Below, one piece after another: positions 62,370 through 64,000 of a stretch of 64,000 bases of DNA. Under the pieces are notes generated by a model that had not been told where the DNA came from, searched no databases, and saw nothing but the letters and a program-made list of their open reading frames with translations. Made by a program: the position numbers and the translations under genes. Numbering within the stretch: position 1 is the first letter of the stretch; each line of letters begins with the position of its first letter. The stretch covers positions 128,712,001 through 128,776,000 of the forward strand of contig OX597815.1 in NCBI GenBank assembly GCA_951406725.2, in the 5' to 3' direction. This stretch comes from Octopus vulgaris. Taxonomy: Eukaryota.

Positions 62370-63385
62370 AGCAGGTTTCTCAAGATTGACAGTAAGGGGT
62401 GGTTATTGTGAATTACTGAATAAGGGCAACCTGGTAGGCATCACATTTTTGTCAGTCCCAAGCAAGGTTGTACAATACTATTGAGAAGGCTGTGACAAGT
62501 TGTGGATTTGTTCTACATGAAGGACAGGCTGGTTTATGAAAGAAACTGGTCATGTTCAGAACAAATCCTCACTCAATGGAACATCATTGATACCAGGAGC
62601 CACTAGTAGTCAACCTCAACTTTCACAAGGCCTTCGACAGTGTACATAAGGAATCCCTCTGAAACATTGTTATGTCTTATGGCATCCCACTGTGCTTTGT
62701 CCACATATTCAAAAGATTGTACAACAACTCAAGATAATGCATAAGAGGGTCAGGCAAGGCTACATCTTGTCTCCTCTACTGTTTATTCATGAGGAGCACA
62801 GTCAGTGGACCCAACAATGGAATCCTGTGGATAGATACAGATAACTGCAAATCTGTAAGAGTTGACAATGTCACTGCAACAGAATGTGGAGAAGCTCAGG
62901 TTAAGGACCAGCACACGCAATGAATGTGAAAGTGATAAAAGCAAGCAATATCATGGACCAAGAAATAGCTATCAACATCATCCAGTATAAGATAGAAGTG
63001 AGCTAGTTCCCCAATCTAGGCAGTGTTGTAAGCACTGGTGATGTAGAACTGGACATAGACTGCAGGACTGGAAAGGCAGCATCAGTGTTCCAGCATATGC
63101 GTTCCATCTGAGCAGCCTCAAACATCAGCATTGATGTGAAATTTCATCTACATAATTCCATTGTTCATCCCACTACAATGCATACCCATGAAGCTTGTAA
63201 GAGCATAGTAAGGACAACTAGTAAACTAAATGTATACCATTAAAGGTGCATCAGAAAGATCCTGAGGGTCAACTGGTAGAATTGTCTGACCAATGAAGAA
63301 ATTCTGAAAAGAACAAGGCCACAACCACTGCAAGAAATTGTAGCAGAGTGCCAACTCAACTTGGTTGGTCACATTTGGTATTTGT
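62370..63385 (+). mobile_element. Decayed RTE-clade LINE reverse transcriptase
   Basis: Remnant motifs in the expected order: LSVPSKV, EGQAG, FHKAFDSVH, YGIP, VRQGYILSPLLF, FPNLGS, RTGKAASVF, RCIRKILRVNW, TNEEIL, LVGHI. Many stops and frameshifts. Confidence 0.88.
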
Positions 63386-64000
63386 AGCACAGAGTGACAG
63401 AAATGAAATTCTTTTCTGAAAATATTTCTGAAGTAGAGAGATAAAGTAGATCCTTAATCTTTCCATAAATCACTGTGATGCAGTATTGGACTACAGTTAC
63501 CATTAAATACATAAAATATACAATATTTTCCTAAATAGGCAACTTTCTTCAAATATACTTTTACCAGAAAAATCTTTCACCTCTTTTAAACAGCTCAATT
63601 AACTGAAGGCATACAGAATTAAATGTCCCGCTCATAGACACCAACAACTGAAACCACAATTCATGAAAAGGAATTTAATACCTTATTCACTAGGTCATTT
63701 CATATCTAAAGGCAAACATTTAATTACTTAAATAGAACCTTCTATTGAATCTTCTTTTAAAAATAATTTTTCATGCTCTTCCAGCAGCAATAATTTTAGA
63801 GTGAAAAAGTATTCTTATTTTCCAATTTTTTATTGAAAGAAAATCAAGTTGTTTGAGCTATAATTTCTCATAGTTTTAAACCTGAGCTCTGATAGTGTTG
63901 TAACTATTGTTTTCTATATTGACAGAATCATTAGGGTGCTGTACAAAATACCTCGCAGTATTTATTCCAACTATTTGTTCCGAGTTCAAATTTGCCTTTC

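Overview
AT-rich, CpG-poor animal DNA packed with microsatellites and SINEs. The repeat landscape looks like an Octopus/coleoid cephalopod genome (recognition, not a database result). One protein-coding gene is present on the + strand: an NR1-class nuclear receptor (ROR/HR3 - E75/E78/Rev-erb neighbourhood). It is spliced from six phase-compatible GT-AG exons (12094-30854, about 752 codons visible); the start exon was not found. It has a C4 zinc-finger DBD (P-box CEGCKG), a 456-aa low-complexity hinge exon and an LBD ending in a ROR-like AF-2 (LYAETF). The rest is intron and flank: tRNA-derived SINEs in head-to-tail chains, piggyBac- and mariner-type MITEs, a Helentron-like element, decayed RTE, R4 and CR1 LINE pieces, and a SINE-like element with a decayed hammerhead-ribozyme motif. 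The most unusual signal lies downstream of the stop codon. About 28 kb of T-skewed, exon-free sequence ends in a good poly(A) context and may be a giant 3' UTR. It carries a strand-specific cluster of the rare word CCGGTG (MIR-36/miR-35-family seed match, also found three times in the CDS), other recurrent words, a 45-bp G-U-biased hairpin and a 1.6-kb array of Pumilio-type UGUAUAUA elements. All counts were made by eye and need computational and RNA confirmation.
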